Assembly (NCBI RefSeq): GCF_009914755.1
Contig: NC_060926.1
Origin: the human T2T-CHM13v2.0 reference genome, Homo sapiens
Direction: 5' to 3' (one strand)
DNA length: 64,000 bases
In this document: positions 1 through 14,867 of the stretch, one piece after another
Layout of the letters: each line of letters opens with the position of its first letter
How positions within the stretch are numbered: the stretch's first letter is position 1
Translations under genes and position numbers: made by a program
The notes under the pieces: model-generated
The model's input: the letters and a program-made list of their open reading frames with translations, nothing else
What the model was told of the DNA's origin: nothing
Database searches by the model: none

Positions 1-269
1 CCCGATTTTCCAGGTGCCATCTGTCACCGCTTTGACTAGGAAAGGGAATTCCCTGACCCCTTGCACTTCCTGGGTGAGGTGATGCCTCGCCCTGCTTCGG
101 CTCACACTCAGTGCACTGCACCCACTGTCCTGTACCCACTTTCTGACACTCTCCAGTGAGATGAACCTGGTACCTCAGTTGGAAATGCAGAAATCACCCG
201 TCTTCTCTGTGGCTCTCACTGGAAGCTGTAGACTGGAGCTGTTCCTATTCGGCCATCTTGGCTCCACCC
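1..269 (-). mobile_element. L1PA LINE-1 5' end (5' UTR); the element continues off the left edge of the window
   Basis: The reverse complement reads GGGTGGAGCCAAGATGGCCGAATAGGAACAGCTCCAGTCTACAG..., the canonical primate L1PA 5' terminus with its YY1 site. It is homologous to 24887-25160. Confidence 0.95.
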
Positions 270-2794
270 TTTGTTTGTTTTTTCATTGAAAGAGAAAAGT
301 GAACAGATTGGTATTTAGGAGCCAGACAAAGAAGAAGGAACAGATTGACTGCTTAAGGTATCATATCTTTGGGGTTACTGTTGTGCCAAGTTCAATGAAT
401 ATAGGCAGCAACAGGAATCTTAATATAAATTTTTACTCCAACATTGACCATTCCAGCCATCTGTGTATTACAAAGTACGTCATTGTTTACTACCTAAGTT
501 TAACATCCAACTAAGCTTGCTAAGCCTCATAGATCCCACTGCATGCCCCACACAAAGAAAACAACACACAGACCCAAAGGCAGCTTATCAGATAATTTTT
601 AATACAACTCCAGGAAAACTCTGCACATACTGCCCCAAGTTGTCAATTGTTATCTCGGCAGAAAAATAGTTGCTTTTCCTCCTATCTGTCCTGTTAAAAT
701 GTACAGCTTCCTCCTGAGAAGAAATCAGGTAAAAGTAATAATAGAAGAAGAAAGCAGGAGGATGTAGCTCATTCACTGTGTTCTCAGTACCAGAATGGGC
801 TGCCTAAACATCAGAGAAGTTCAAGGCAACAAAGAGTGGCAAGCTGTCCAGGTGATGTATTGCTGTGGAGGTAGCAAGAAGTGGCATCCTATATGCTTAG
901 CCAAGAAGAGATTCTAGATCAAAAAACCTGGAAAAAATAGCATTAATCAAAGTACTGAATAGGTATAAAATTGCATTCATGTCACCTAATTGTAATGAAA
1001 ATTGTAAGCCTTCTTTTACAAACTTATTTCTTGAGTGTCTGACATTCAGATCAAGTTCTTTGGGATCTTCAGTCTACAGGCTTTACCTATCTTTGTTTTC
1101 CAATCAAAGGACTTGTGTTTTTGAGCATGAGTTCTAACCATTTCTCTTTCTACTCATGGCATTTCTAAACTGATTTATCTCACAACTTAGCCAAGGCATG
1201 GGAAACACTTTCACAGCGGCAGATTTAACTCCCTTTTTCTTTTGAAGGTCTACTAAGGAAAATATGTCCAATTTGGAAGTAACAGGTGTGCATTTTCTGT
1301 TCACTTTTTAGTGCTCATCAATAAAAACCTATGGTGAGAAAAGAACTTTATGCTTCAGAGGAAAGGGCACTGTGCTCTTATACTAGGCCTATTGCTTGCC
1401 ATGTACAACTTCAACAAATCTCCTTGATCTTGATCAATTCTCATTCAAGATCTCATTGATCTCATTGATGTTTGCAAAATACAAATCCCCATCTAGTACG
1501 ATTGATTAAGGGCAAAGGGTGGCTTCTTTGTAAGCACCACCTCCCAATCTCCTATCTTCTGGGGGCTGCTGCAGCTTCCCTGTTATGCCTCTCTGGTCAA
1601 TACAGCTGCCAGCATCTGTACCAAATATTCCTGGATATATAATTCCTGGATATATAATGGAGAACCACTTAAGTCAGGAGGAGGATTGTTTTCCCAGCAC
1701 ATATCAGGTCAAGATGCCATCCTTTAAATTAAGAGATACTATTGCTGTTTCAACTGTCTATAGGGCATAATCATTAAGCTCTTGGTTTTGTTTTGCTGTT
1801 TTTCAGTGGTGGTGCTATATGTGTACAGATGTTGGACTATTCTCTCGCCCATTTTCCCTATCAACAGATAACAATATCCATTTCTAAAAAGACTGATCTA
1901 GAACAAAATGCCTATAGAAAAATAAGCAAAAGCAAAACAACTGCCCCCAGATGGTCAGTGTCATTTCTCACTAGAGCTAACTGGCTGCAGAGAGCCTGTG
2001 TTAAAATCAGAAGCCATGTTCAAATTCCATGAGCTTACAAGGCATAGTTTCCTATAACATTGTTTGCAAGATATGCTGAGCATGACCTGAGAAATCCAGT
2101 TGGGCAGAAGTAGACTCAGTCAATATGTAAACTTTCCAAAATTTGTTTGTACATACGCCCTGGAATGGACTTAATTTTAAGAACTAGTTTCTTCCATTTT
2201 TAAAGGCAGAGACCTAAAGCTGTATGTAAAAAGTTTGACAGCCAGACATGAACAAGGATCTATCCCATTGTTCTGTTTGCTTGTTATAAAGGTAAATGCA
2301 TGTTCTACCAAAATTCTTTGTGAAACAACTCATTTATCTAGGCTAAAATTTTATAGGTAGATATCAATTAGAACATTTATATTCCTGAATGGCATTATAA
2401 AATTACATCAAAATTTTAAAAGGCTCATGGTATACCAGATATTTGGAATTTATTGCTTAGTAAGACTTTGAGAACAACTTGGGTTTTCTCCATTCCTCTT
2501 TCAGTCCTCAGCACCTAGCATGTGAATTCCATGTAAAAGGAAAATAAAAATATTGCTGAATTGTTGAAAGACTGGCTCAGATGTATTTCAGTTTAAAATC
2601 AGGAAAAATAGGCCAGATTATTTTTAGGGCTCCAGGCTACATTCCTTCATCCTCTCAATATCCCCTGTTTGATCAGCAGAAACAGTAACTGGGTTTATAT
2701 TTTACAGTCCAAAAAACGGAAGCTTTGCTCTTAATTATCAATACTCTGAATACCTCATTCAAGAGAAAAATGCATTTAATCACACACCAAGACA

Positions 2795-2852
2795 TACATG
2801 CATACACACACACACACACACGCACCACCACCACCCCCACCCCCACCCCACA
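2795..2852. repeat. (CA)n microsatellite followed by a CCA/CCCCA low-complexity tract
   Basis: Read directly: catacacacacacacacacacgcaccaccaccacccccacccccacccca. Confidence 0.85.
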
Positions 2853-4323
2853 CAGTTCAGGGTCCCTCTGTTTTTTATTATCTCCATTACTGTACTTTAT
2901 TATCTGGATGATATCTGTCTTCAGAAAGACACAAGATTCTCTGTATCCCTAGCCCCTAGTAGAATATGACAGTACAGAAAATAACACAGTTTTTTTGAAT
3001 GAAGCAATGAATATAACAGGAGAGGAAATAAGAAACTGATTACAGAATCCAAATGTGGCCCTAGCTATATCTCATCAATTCATTTAAGAAGACGATATTG
3101 AAATAGACTCTGTGCTGAGCTGTGATGTATAAGACAGTTTGCTCCCAATGATTTCATGTCATGGAAGAATATTTGTTGGAGTCCTCACTTTCTGTCTTCT
3201 TTGATGCTTGTTATAGAAATGTGGTAGCCGATAGAATAGATATAGTCAACACTGAGTCACTTTTTAATCGCTAAATTTCAGAATCATCCATGCTTGTCTT
3301 ATTGAGTTTCCACATTCTAGCCTTATTTAAAATCAGGACAACTTCCCCCCCATTTTATGCCTATTTATTTCTTTTTCATAAATTGATTGCCTAACTAACT
3401 GATGTTTTTGCAATTACTACATTGCCAGGAGTTAATATGGGTATAGGATGTAGGGTGCAAAGCTGAGAAGAAATTCTGTATAATCTGTGCCTGTCAAATC
3501 TTGGATCTTCCTTTAGTTGCCTTTTTCTATAAAGAGCTCAGAAGAAGAAAGAACTCTGATACATGTGCAGCTTTGTTCAGAATAGTACCCTTAAATATTT
3601 CTGCTACCCAAACTAATGGTGAACTCTCCCATACCAGCTCTCTGAGTTTCTTAAAGATAATAGTATTTGCATACAGCAATTGGATATTGAGTTGCATACA
3701 GCAATATCCTTCTCAGGATGGACTAAGTTTAAAATCAACTTTTAAAATAGCTGGAGTGATTTTAACTGAAATTCTTTGGTTGAATTCTTGGCTAATGTAT
3801 CTAAAATCTTCTCCTACCTTCTGCACCCTAAACTGGCTGCAAAAATCTTTTATGACTTCATTAAACAAATACATGCCATAATTATTGTTATTCTACTTCA
3901 TTAGTATGAATGACCATGTTTACAAGTAAAGGCATAGCAATACATTTAAACAAAATCATTTCAGTAATCATTTCAGCTGGGTTTCTTTTTTCTTTCTAAG
4001 TACTTTATTCAGGATATTGTTTGATCGTTCTAGTACTTATTAGATACTTCTTTGATAACTCTGTCACTTGGGCTTTGGAGGTCATATCACTAAGTTGTAT
4101 CTTAAAGAGATTGTTCCATTTTCATGGGAGCTTAGTTGCCTCTTTCAGAAAGGCAGTAAGAAAAATCACTGATAGCATGGCAGGGATAGAAATCCTGAGA
4201 TTAGATTAATACTTGGTAGAACAGAGGAGGCTTGGCCTAGAGAAGCTATAACAATACAAGACTTAGGATTATTGTATAGAATTCCTTCTACTGTGGCACT
4301 GCTAACAATTAAGAATTTACTGG

Positions 4324-5080
<757 letters not shown>

Positions 5081-6984
5081 GTGAAGAGAAATTGAAAGTT
5101 AAGTTCATGATCATTGAAAAATAGAGAGCGAAAGTCCTCTGTTCTCTCTCCTAAATTCATTAACTAATTAGATCAACTATGGCCTCCACCTGGTTCCCTA
5201 ATGAGTCATAGAATTTACCTTGATAAGTTAATAAATGGGCAACTCAGTGGCGCTTTGTGTTTTGTTCTGTTGGTCCTTATTTAAGTCCTTTATCTCAAAC
5301 AGACCACACACAAACCAGGATCAAATGTAGCCAGATGCTGACATTAGAGATCCACAGTACAAAGTCCTTTGTTGCCACAGAGGGCTGTAGCAAAACTGGG
5401 AAGACTAAATCTCATGTCCAAATATTATTACTGTCTTGTTTATCCTATTATGTCACTAAATTCTCCCATAGCTAGCACTCATAAGTCGGTATACAGAAAG
5501 AATGGATTTCTCAGCCATAAACAGCACCGGCAAAATTCCTTTTTGCCACATGAAGCGAAAAAGAAGGGGTGATATTAATGAAATGTAATGGAATAATGTG
5601 CTAGAATAGCTATAATTTTTAGACCTGGTAAAATTGTAAACTAGATTAAAATGTGGGTGACAAATGTTGAGTCTAAGCTATTTCCCCAGAAAAACACAAC
5701 AATTTCTACAGTCAATTTTCAATTATCTGCCCAAGGAGAAATAGCAATAATGGCAATTATCCAAAAGAGTAGATAATGAACAAATTCATTTCTACTTGAC
5801 TTTGAAATATTATTTTGTATTCTGAAACCAACATTTGAATGTAGATGCATTTTATATTCTGGAAAGTTGCAGTGCCTCTAACTTAAGTACTAAAATTACA
5901 CTTTAGAAATCAGACTAAAGAAAGTAGCTTATATTTTTCCTCTTTTCTTGTACAATACGTTCCCACTTTCTATATTATTCCTGTGAATAGATGTCATTAT
6001 CTCTTAGGATAATGTTCAGTTCATTCTAAAGCAGAGAAAATTTGCATGTATATGTTTTCTAGTTAATATTTTCCTGCATTGATGGCAATTAAGTATTTTG
6101 ATTAAAAGGACACCCTCCTTTCCTGCCTCTGCTTTGCTAAAATTATTTTTTAATGTGTGAAAAGAAAAATCCCAAAACAAAACAGAATGGATATTCAAGA
6201 TAAAAGTTACATCTAAGTAAGATTTAAGTTTTAAACCTGCATCTGCCCATGGAAAAATGAGTTAGCTATTTACACATTTTCCACACCTTTTTTTTTTTGG
6301 CCCTGGTTTGGTTATTTTTCACTCAGTGAATGCTATGATGACTATAATAATACCTAGGATAGGGTCTGTCTCATGACAGCATTCAGTAACTTCTCATTTC
6401 TTTCATTCCTTGCTTCCCTTTTCTTTGTTCAATAATATTTTATAGAAGATGCTTCATATTAAGGCTTCATATATTTCAATAATGTTTATGTTTTTTTCCA
6501 CTCTTTCCATAGTAAATTCTACAAAAGCAAGGAAATGTTTTAAAAATATCGTAGAGTAAAATCTTTCAGGTGCTATTTTTCCAATGTCAACATTCAGTAC
6601 ATGTTTAAATTCTTAAAAGCTACCTCCATTATTTTATCAATATTATTAAGCAAATAATCTAGTAAGTGCTATATGCACTTTAAAGAGCAGAATGAGGGTT
6701 CATGCAGACTAAAAACTGACTACATGCTCTCCTGTCTTATGCTTACTTACATGGTACACTCCCATTATTAGAATAAGACATTTTTTACATAAGGCAAAGG
6801 ATTCCCAAGTGTTGCAATACTTTTGATTGTTTCTGGGACTCTTTTGCTTTGGTATTTGACTTGATAAGCAGTTGGTGTTTGTCTGTTTGGCCAAATAGAC
6901 GTGCTCTCCTTTAAAGTTCTGAAATTTGTCTTCAATTGAACAAATGACAAGGCACTGGAGAGGTAGGTTAAGCAGCTGTCTAGG

Positions 6985-7380
6985 CTGAGTAGATCTAAGT
7001 TCAAACAAACACTGGCTCCACTAATCCCAGGATGACATTGAACAATAGACTTGCTCTCCCTCAGTCATGTTTTCTCATTATTAAAATGAAGGTAATAATA
7101 CAAAACTAAGAGGATTGTGGAGATGATGACAGATAATACGTATAAGTAACTTGGTGTAGGCATTCAGTAAATGTGGGTAGTTGTTACAAATACTAGCTAA
7201 CGTTGATGACTACCTATGCAAGCACCATCCTAAGCACTTTCTATGTATTCATTTATTTGAACCTCATGACAACTCTAGGATTCAGGTACCGTCATCATGA
7301 TTTTGCACATGGGACCTAGAAAGGTTAAGTATCATCAGTGGCTGAGTCAGTCTCTAAACCCAACCCATACACTTACCCAT
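6985..7380. mobile_element. Two MIR fragments in opposite orientation (+ about 6985-7180; - about 7200-7380)
   Basis: MIR core-like tttctcatt..aaaatgaaggtaataata, plus reverse-core cctcatgacaactctagg...attttgcacatggga...aaaggttaagt. Confidence 0.6.
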
Positions 7381-8515
7381 CACACAACAGTGATTATCAT
7401 AGAAACAGAGAGTCTTTTAACAGAAACTGGAACCAGCAAATGGATCCACTGGAATCCACTTGTGCCTCTGTCCATATTGTTCACATGGGGCCACACTGCT
7501 GAAACACCATCCCAAACAAATGCCTTTGATAAGAGTTTTATTTCATATGAGGACCCATCACATTTCAGTCACTCAGCATTACCCAGAACTTACTCTATGA
7601 TATACATGAACAGTTAGTTAGAATAGAACATTCCACTTTTTATTATGAAGCTTTGTATACATATATAGCTTGAGACCCAAGAATCTGATCAATAGAAGGC
7701 AGGTCTAGTTGGCTTCCATCCTGTTATTTAAACAAACAGGTCTGGATCAGATTCAGCCAGTGGCAGAGTGGTCATAAGTGACACTAAAAGGTCTTAAGTG
7801 AAAGGGAAGGTGCGCATGCCTAAAATCCCAGCTGTGCCGTGAATGAACCAAATGTCTTTGCCCAAAGGCAGCTTCAGCCCTCTGGACCTTTTTTATCACT
7901 TGGAAAGTTAAGATGTTGCAGAAGACCTTAGGTAAAAGCTGGCCATCCATGTGCCAATCCTGACCCCTCACGTGGACTTTGGTTTTAGCCTTGTCTGACC
8001 TGTGCAGTTTTGTTTTATTTTTAAAATTAGATCCTAAAGTACAAAACTCAAAATATTTCACATTTAAAAAATCTATATTTCTGTTTTTCCCTAAAAATTG
8101 GACGTTGTGACATCATTGGGCCTGTTTATCTTTGTGGCATCAGTCAAAATCATCAACTAGACCTGAGCAGTAGCTGCCCCTTCAGGTGGGGCATGGGCTC
8201 AGTAGCTCATCACAGTACCCACCATTCCTTATTATCTCACACCCAGTCTGCTGGCTCATTGATACCACCTGCATGGGCTTGAAGGCATCTGAGTTTGTAA
8301 TCCTAGTACCAGCTGAAACCCTAAATGAGGTTAATTTCTTCATTCTTTTTTCATTCAGTCCACCTCTATTCAACGCCTACCCACATGCCATTCTTTGTAT
8401 TGTATTGTCCTTAAATAGAAATATTTTTTTAAAGTGGCAGTTCTGTTTTCATTTCTCTGAACCCAATTCATTTCCGTTATTTCTAAATTTTTCTCTCTTC
8501 TTGGTGTCCACTTAG

Positions 8516-8637
8516 GGCTACGCAGCTTGCTCCTGGCACGGGCACCTTGAATCTCCTCCTCACACAGATGGAGACCATGCTTGATTTCCTGAACTTGTAG
8601 TAAGAAGAAGGAAAACACAGCACGCTGGAGCCAACAG
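8516..8637 (+). other. B3GALT1: Non-coding 5' UTR exon of B3GALT1 (122 nt)
   Basis: Strong acceptor ttttctctcttcttggtgtccacttag|GGCTAC and donor CAACAG|gtaggc. The exon is repeat-free and retains CpGs. Joined to 58653 it matches my recollection of the B3GALT1 mRNA leader (...GGAGCCAACAG/AGTTAAGAGG...). Confidence 0.85.
8568..8600 (+). promoter_or_regulatory. uORF METMLDFLNL* with two in-frame ATGs
   Basis: ATG GAG ACC ATG CTT GAT TTC CTG AAC TTG TAG, read directly within the non-coding exon. Confidence 0.7.
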
Positions 8638-8666
8638 GTAGGCGAGAAACCAGGTAGGCGAGAAAC
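8635..8666 (+). repeat. Perfect 16-bp tandem duplication spanning the splice donor
   Basis: caggtaggcgagaaac at 8635-8650 and again at 8651-8666. Confidence 0.97.
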
Positions 8667-10189
8667 ACGTTTCTCAGTTATGCAGCCCAGCGTCGAGGAA
8701 AAATAACAGCAACTCTACAAAATCAGAAATCAGCGTCTAAGGACTAATGAGCAGAGAGAAAAGTCTAGGTTTTTTTCTTTATTAATGTTTACCTGCTATA
8801 GTATGCAAAATATCCTTGCCATAAAAGCCTTATTTCTTTTTTAAAATTTTTAATTGTATTTTAAGTTCCAGGATACATGTGTAGGACGTGCAGGAAAAAG
8901 CCTTTATTCTGAAAGATACAGGAGAAAAAAACTCATAGCTTAAAAGAGTGTCTTTTTAAAAAATTCATACTTACAAGTGTCTATGAAACATTTTAGTGGT
9001 GGCCTCTTTTAAGATAAACTATTAGGTAACTAAAGATATGCTTTAGATGACCTAAGACAATTCCTATTTAAAACCCATTTCTCCAAGGCCATCACTAATT
9101 GATTCTTGAAACTTCTTTGCTGAAGTAAACTCATCCCACAGGCAATTGTGCTTCAATCATTTCTTACTTCAGTTGAAAATAATAGGATTTTGCATAGAAA
9201 ATGATGGTACAGTTATTAAAAGTCTCTAAAATAGTGAATAATTGTTAAAATGTTTTTATTTAAAGTGATAAAAAGCAAGATAAATACTTAGAATATTCCT
9301 TTATACACTAAATGGCACATTAAATAAATAAAAATGATTGCAGCCTATCCGGACTGTGATTCAGGGAAAGAAGCACCATGCTGGCAAGAGGTCACCTGGA
9401 TGACACTCCTATCTTTCCCATCATAGCCTCTGTGACTTTGGGCCACTTACTTAACCTTTCTAAACTACAGTTTCCTTGTCCATGAAATTGACAGTTATTT
9501 CAGAGTGTCTTCAAAATGCCAAGCAGAATCAGACCCTGAAATACAATTGTTAGTGGAAGGTGGCGGGTAGCTCTGAGCCAATTCCCTGTGAGCTATTTTT
9601 CCAAAAGCAAGTTCAACAAAACTCCAATTCACCAAATGCCTCTCTCCTGGTTCTTATTTACAAAATTCATAGTAATTTGCACTGGATATGTTGGTTTTCA
9701 CAGCCTTTGGAGATTTCTCTAAGGTTTCAGTTGATAGTTTTCTCCCTCCGCTTACTGACAGCATTGGAAGGAATGTGCAGTTTGTTTCAGCCCCTGACAG
9801 TGAGTCGCAAGAGGACCCTCTGATGAGGAGCAGTGGAGCAGCGTCAGCACACAGCCTAAACGGGTGGACACAGACTAAGAGACATGAGATTATACTCATA
9901 AGGATTCTCCAAGTTCAAGACAAATATACTGAGTATTTTAAATATATGAAGCCGATTGGGTACTTTTGAGAACAGCTTTATGGAATCAGCCTGCTGGTAT
10001 AAATAATACTTCCTCTTAGGGATCTTAGCGTCCAATGGAGGAAACAGACTAAAAACAAAACAGAAAATAAATAAATAATACAATTACAAATTGCAATAAG
10101 CACTATGAAGAAAACAAACAGGGTGCTCAGGTAGTGAAGAGGTGGAACCTGCTTTAGAAAGGGTGGTTAGGGGAGGTGTGAGAGTCAAG

Positions 10190-10570
10190 AGAGCTCTCCC
10201 TGCTTCCCTTCCCTTCTGGGCACATGAAAGGACCAGATAACTTGGGGCTATGGGATGTGGGATGACCAGTGAGTTGTGAGTAGAAAGGATCTATGGCACT
10301 TCCATGCTGGAGCATTTAATTGCTGTTGCAGGACTCCCTGGCTCCCTTCCCCTGTGACATTCTGACTGGTGATGTGGCTCAAGGTGTGGTTTTCTCCTTC
10401 AGCCTGGAGCCTGTGTGACTGCAAAGAACAGAGTGCCCCTCTCCGTCCCCCCAACCCATGGACCCACAATGGACCTGTAACCTGAGCAAACAACAAACTT
10501 TAATTGTCTTAAGCCACTAAAATATGGAAGCTATTTGTTAGTGCAGCGTAACTGAGACTATCCTGACTAT
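10190..10570 (+). mobile_element. MLT1 (MaLR) LTR, probably inserted in an L2 relic
   Basis: Typical MLT1 3' end aaactttaattgtcttaagccactaaaatatggaagctatttgttagtgcagc...tcctgacta. Confidence 0.7.
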
Positions 10571-11129
10571 TATTATTAGGGGCTTTAAGACAAAAAGCGT
10601 TAAGCTTCGCTGATTTGTAAAATTGAAAGATAGCCATTATGGCTGGATTACAGCAAAGCAAGAAAAAGTAGCAAATTAGAGTTCTCCTTCTACTACAGGC
10701 TGCCTGCCTCAGGCTGTTCTGATGTTTGTTTATATTCCTGGCGATGCTTTAAGACAGATTAAGTAGCTTGACTCTAAATGCTTTTGATTTGTTTACACAA
10801 ATCAAACTCTCATATTTTATCTCTGCCTCTGGATTATGATAGTTTTTATCAAGAACTTTGCATGTGTGCTATTGATATGATAATGCAATCCTAATGCCTT
10901 CCCAAGAGCTAAGAGCCTCTATCCTTTCAGTCAATACTGAGATGCACTTGGGTGTATAGGCCATTCATAGCTGAGGCTTGGGATGGGCAGTTCACAGCAC
11001 TTTGCAATTGAATCATATGTAATACTGTGCAGTTTTTAAGCTCTCAGTTTTTCATATCAATTTCTAATATTCTGGCAACAGAAGCTAGTGAAAAGCCCAA
11101 CTTTTATGGGACTCATCATAGGCCCTTGA

Positions 11130-11615
<486 letters not shown>

Positions 11616-12744
11616 TAGAGCCACTGATATTATAACTGCCTTTATTGTAGTTTGGTAGCTTTACAGGAAGTACATCTGTCGGTTATTACAGTCATTCTTG
11701 TACAGTTCTTAAAGTCTTAAGGATTTTTATTTGAGATGAGTGAAATCTCACTAAAGAAAAGGAAAGTTGGGAAGGGGAAAGGAAATGGATCTAAAATTAA
11801 AATTGTATCCTTAATATAGTCTAGGCTTAGTGCTAGGTGCTTTCATATGCATTACTGTTCCCCTATCCCCACACAGTGGAGGAAGCAGCTCAGAGAAGTT
11901 ATGATCACCCAGCCAGTGAGTGGCAGACCAAGGAAGAGGTCTTCTCCCTCTAAAAACCCTGCTTTTTCCTCTTTATTATGTAGACTAGAATGTCAAAGTC
12001 TCCTGTACCATCCCTATAGTCAAATCCAAAATGGCCAAATCTCACATTCCAAAAATCCTGCATTACCAAAATTTAAGAGTTCTCTAAAAAATAAATGCTA
12101 GGTCACTATTACATATTGATTTATTACATATCCAGGTTCAGAAGAGGTGCTAAACTAAACAGAGCTGGTTATAATAGGCTGTACTTTGCTAACTGTGCAT
12201 CCTCCCTTTGTTCCACCTCATCCTGTGTAATTAACACAGTCTTGAAAGTAGAAGTTTCCATGACATTAAAATTCTTACACAGCGCACCCTCTAATTATTT
12301 CATATCTTCACATTAGGGACCAAGATACTCACGGTGGAGGGTGGGATTCTGTTTGTTATTTAATTACTTAAAGAAGGAGCACAGGAAAACCAAGACAAAG
12401 AGATTATTAAAATAACATTTACACTTGACTCTGAGTTGCCTACACACAGACCAAGGCACAGGCATACATTTCTTTTCGCCTTCTTACTCCCACCTGGCTT
12501 CAGACCTCCTCTCTCTTGGCACTGGTTTTCATCTCAGTTATGCCTGTTGCCATCTCTTCCTATCAAGGACTTGCTTATTCTTCAAGCCCCACTCAAAATT
12601 CACTCCTCCACATGCCTTTTCAGATGTCCACAGTGAAAATTAAGCTCCTTCTTCCCTTACCCGAGGGCACTTTTTACTAATCTTACAGCATCTCTCTGCA
12701 TTGTACTATGAGGACAAGGGTGGGACAGAGAATGCTGATGATTC

Positions 12745-13130
12745 AATCAGATGTGTTTTCTCTTTTTTCTTCCTGGACATATAGATAGACCGCATTTCCT
12801 AGCCTTCCTTAGAGTTGGGCATGGCCACATAATAAATTTCTAGCAATGCAAAATGAGTAGAAGTGACATGCTTCATTTGGAAGCCAGGGTTTTGAGGAAG
12901 GAGGTATGCCTCCTCTATGCTTTTTGCCTTGCTGCCATCAGTAAAGGAGCTCTGAGACCCCCCCAGGTGGGGGCCCCATGGGGTGAAGAAAGCCTGGGTT
13001 CCCAAATCACCAGGTGAAAAGCTTTCTGGCCAAGCAGCAACGCTAGGTTGTTACACAAGAAATAACCACCTATTGTGTTAAGGCTTAGAAATTTAGGGCT
13101 TATTTGTTACAGCTGCTGGTGTGGACCTAA
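12745..13130 (+). mobile_element. MLT1 (MaLR) LTR
   Basis: catttcctagccttcctt...tgagtagaagtgacatg, and 3' end agaaataa...ttgtgttaagg...atttgttacagc. Confidence 0.7.
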
Positions 13131-14383
13131 CAGAGAGTATGCATCTTTCTAAGTGTGTGCTTGAGTGTGTGTGCTTTTAGAAGCCCCAAAAGGACTGGAA
13201 CTAAAAAAAAAATCATTCTTAACTGTGTGTAAAATTAAACTGAGTTGGTGCCTCATTTGGAAATGGAGCAGATGGTCATTAAAATGAAAAGTGGAGGCTA
13301 CTCTAAAGCATCTCCAATATTAGGAATGCCATTTTCTCATTTGCAAGCAGCTGTCTAGAATTTTGTAAACAATCTCATAGGTGACTAATTTGGTATAGCG
13401 AACAAAAGGAATACCCAGTTTTCATGTTAAAATATGCCCTGGTTCATTTCTCATTTGAATATTCATTATTTCATTCAACAAGTACATATGGAACACATTC
13501 TACATGCCAGGCAGTCCTCTAACAGTGCTGATCCATGAACAGTGGCCCCAGCTCATTCCAAGTACACAGGCCAGTGGGGGAACCAAATATCCACTAAACT
13601 CATCACACTGCTGAATATGCTGTCAGCATATCACCCAGGTTCTCTGGTTCCTCTCTTGGAAAATAAGAATGATAATACTGGCTATTTCTCTAATTTTAAA
13701 TTAGATAATATTTAGATATAACAATTATAAAATATTTAGCAGTGTGCTTGACACTTGAACTTGGCAAGCACGTGATAATTCTTAGCTATTATTATTTGCT
13801 TTGATTTAGAGAAATACTATGAGATTGTGTAATAAAGGAATCTGACTAGGCTGAGGAAGGGGTGTGTGGAACACAACAGTTTCCTCTGGAAATGACTCCT
13901 GATATGATAGCTGAGAAGTTGGGAAGAATATTCCAAATTCTTAAAACTAGAGTAAAAACAGTATATTCAAAGAACCCATGATGGGGACTTCATTTTCAGG
14001 AATTAAAAGAAAAAGCTAGTTTAGCTGGAGTCTAGAAAGCAAGGGGAAAACTGCAGCAGGATAAGACCATGTAGAGCCTTGGGAACCAATCATGGTATGA
14101 TTTCCAACACATAATGGCACAGAATGATAGGATCAGACTTAGTTTTTAGAAAGATCACTATAGCTGGAGTGTAAAGAAAGAAATTTAGAGGACAGACTGA
14201 GAATAGGCAGCTACTTGCAACTTGCAACTTGCAAAGTTAATATAGGAGTCAAGATAAGAGATACCCATAGCTTGAGTGGTGGTAGTGGAGCTTGAGAGAA
14301 GTAGAGATATAAGAGAAATTTCTGAAGTGACATTGGCAGGATGTGGTGATGGATTAGGTACAGAGTTAAGAGGTGAAACCGGG

Positions 14384-14590
14384 ACTTGACTCCCAGTCTT
14401 GCTCTCGGTCCTCTCTACCACTCCACCCTCCAGGGCTCATGGCTTGATCCTCTCCAGCCTCAACCTGGCCAGGTTTCCCCTCAAGCCTCCAGAGCCTAAG
14501 GAAGAGGAGTTGACAGGAAGGACAGGGACCAGTGTCATTTGGTCCCTGATCTCTCTTGGGACAGGTCCCCAAGCAGCTGAGCCAGAGCTG
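14384..14590 (+). repeat. 207-bp direct repeat, copy 1
   Basis: 201 of 207 bases identical to 16045-16251, with no gaps. Confidence 0.97.
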
Positions 14591-14867
14591 TTAGGAATGG
14601 CTCCAGGTCTTTCCGATACAGAGAGGTACATTTCACAGAAGTGGGGAACCATGAAAGAAGATCAGGGTTGCAGGATCATGAATTTACCTTTGCATATGTT
14701 GCATTCAGATGCCCTTCAGATATCCAAGTACACAATTAGATGTGTGGGTCTGGAGATCCATAGAGAGAGATCTCTGAGCTAGAATATAAACTTAAGAGTT
14801 ATTCACATGCAGATGGCAACTGAGGTCATGGGCAGAAAAAAAAATTGCATAGAAAACAAGCAAAACT

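Noticed and set aside
1627-1656. 15-bp tandem duplication attcctggatatata x2 (also gatctcatt repeats near 1450)
   Set aside because: An ordinary slippage duplication in intron that overlaps no recognisable signal.
3501-3881. 126-aa ORF in AT-rich unique DNA
   Set aside because: It has a non-ATG start, no recognisable domain, and a length compatible with chance.
8400-8700. Possible promoter or first exon at 8516
   Set aside because: It is preceded by a strong polypyrimidine tract and AG, with no CpG island. It is better explained as an internal exon with the main promoter upstream of the window.
14399-14782. 127-aa ORF sharing sequence with ORF 16060-16284, suggesting paralogous genes
   Set aside because: The similarity comes only from the 207-bp DNA duplication. 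Neither ORF has an ATG start, splice context or recognisable domain.
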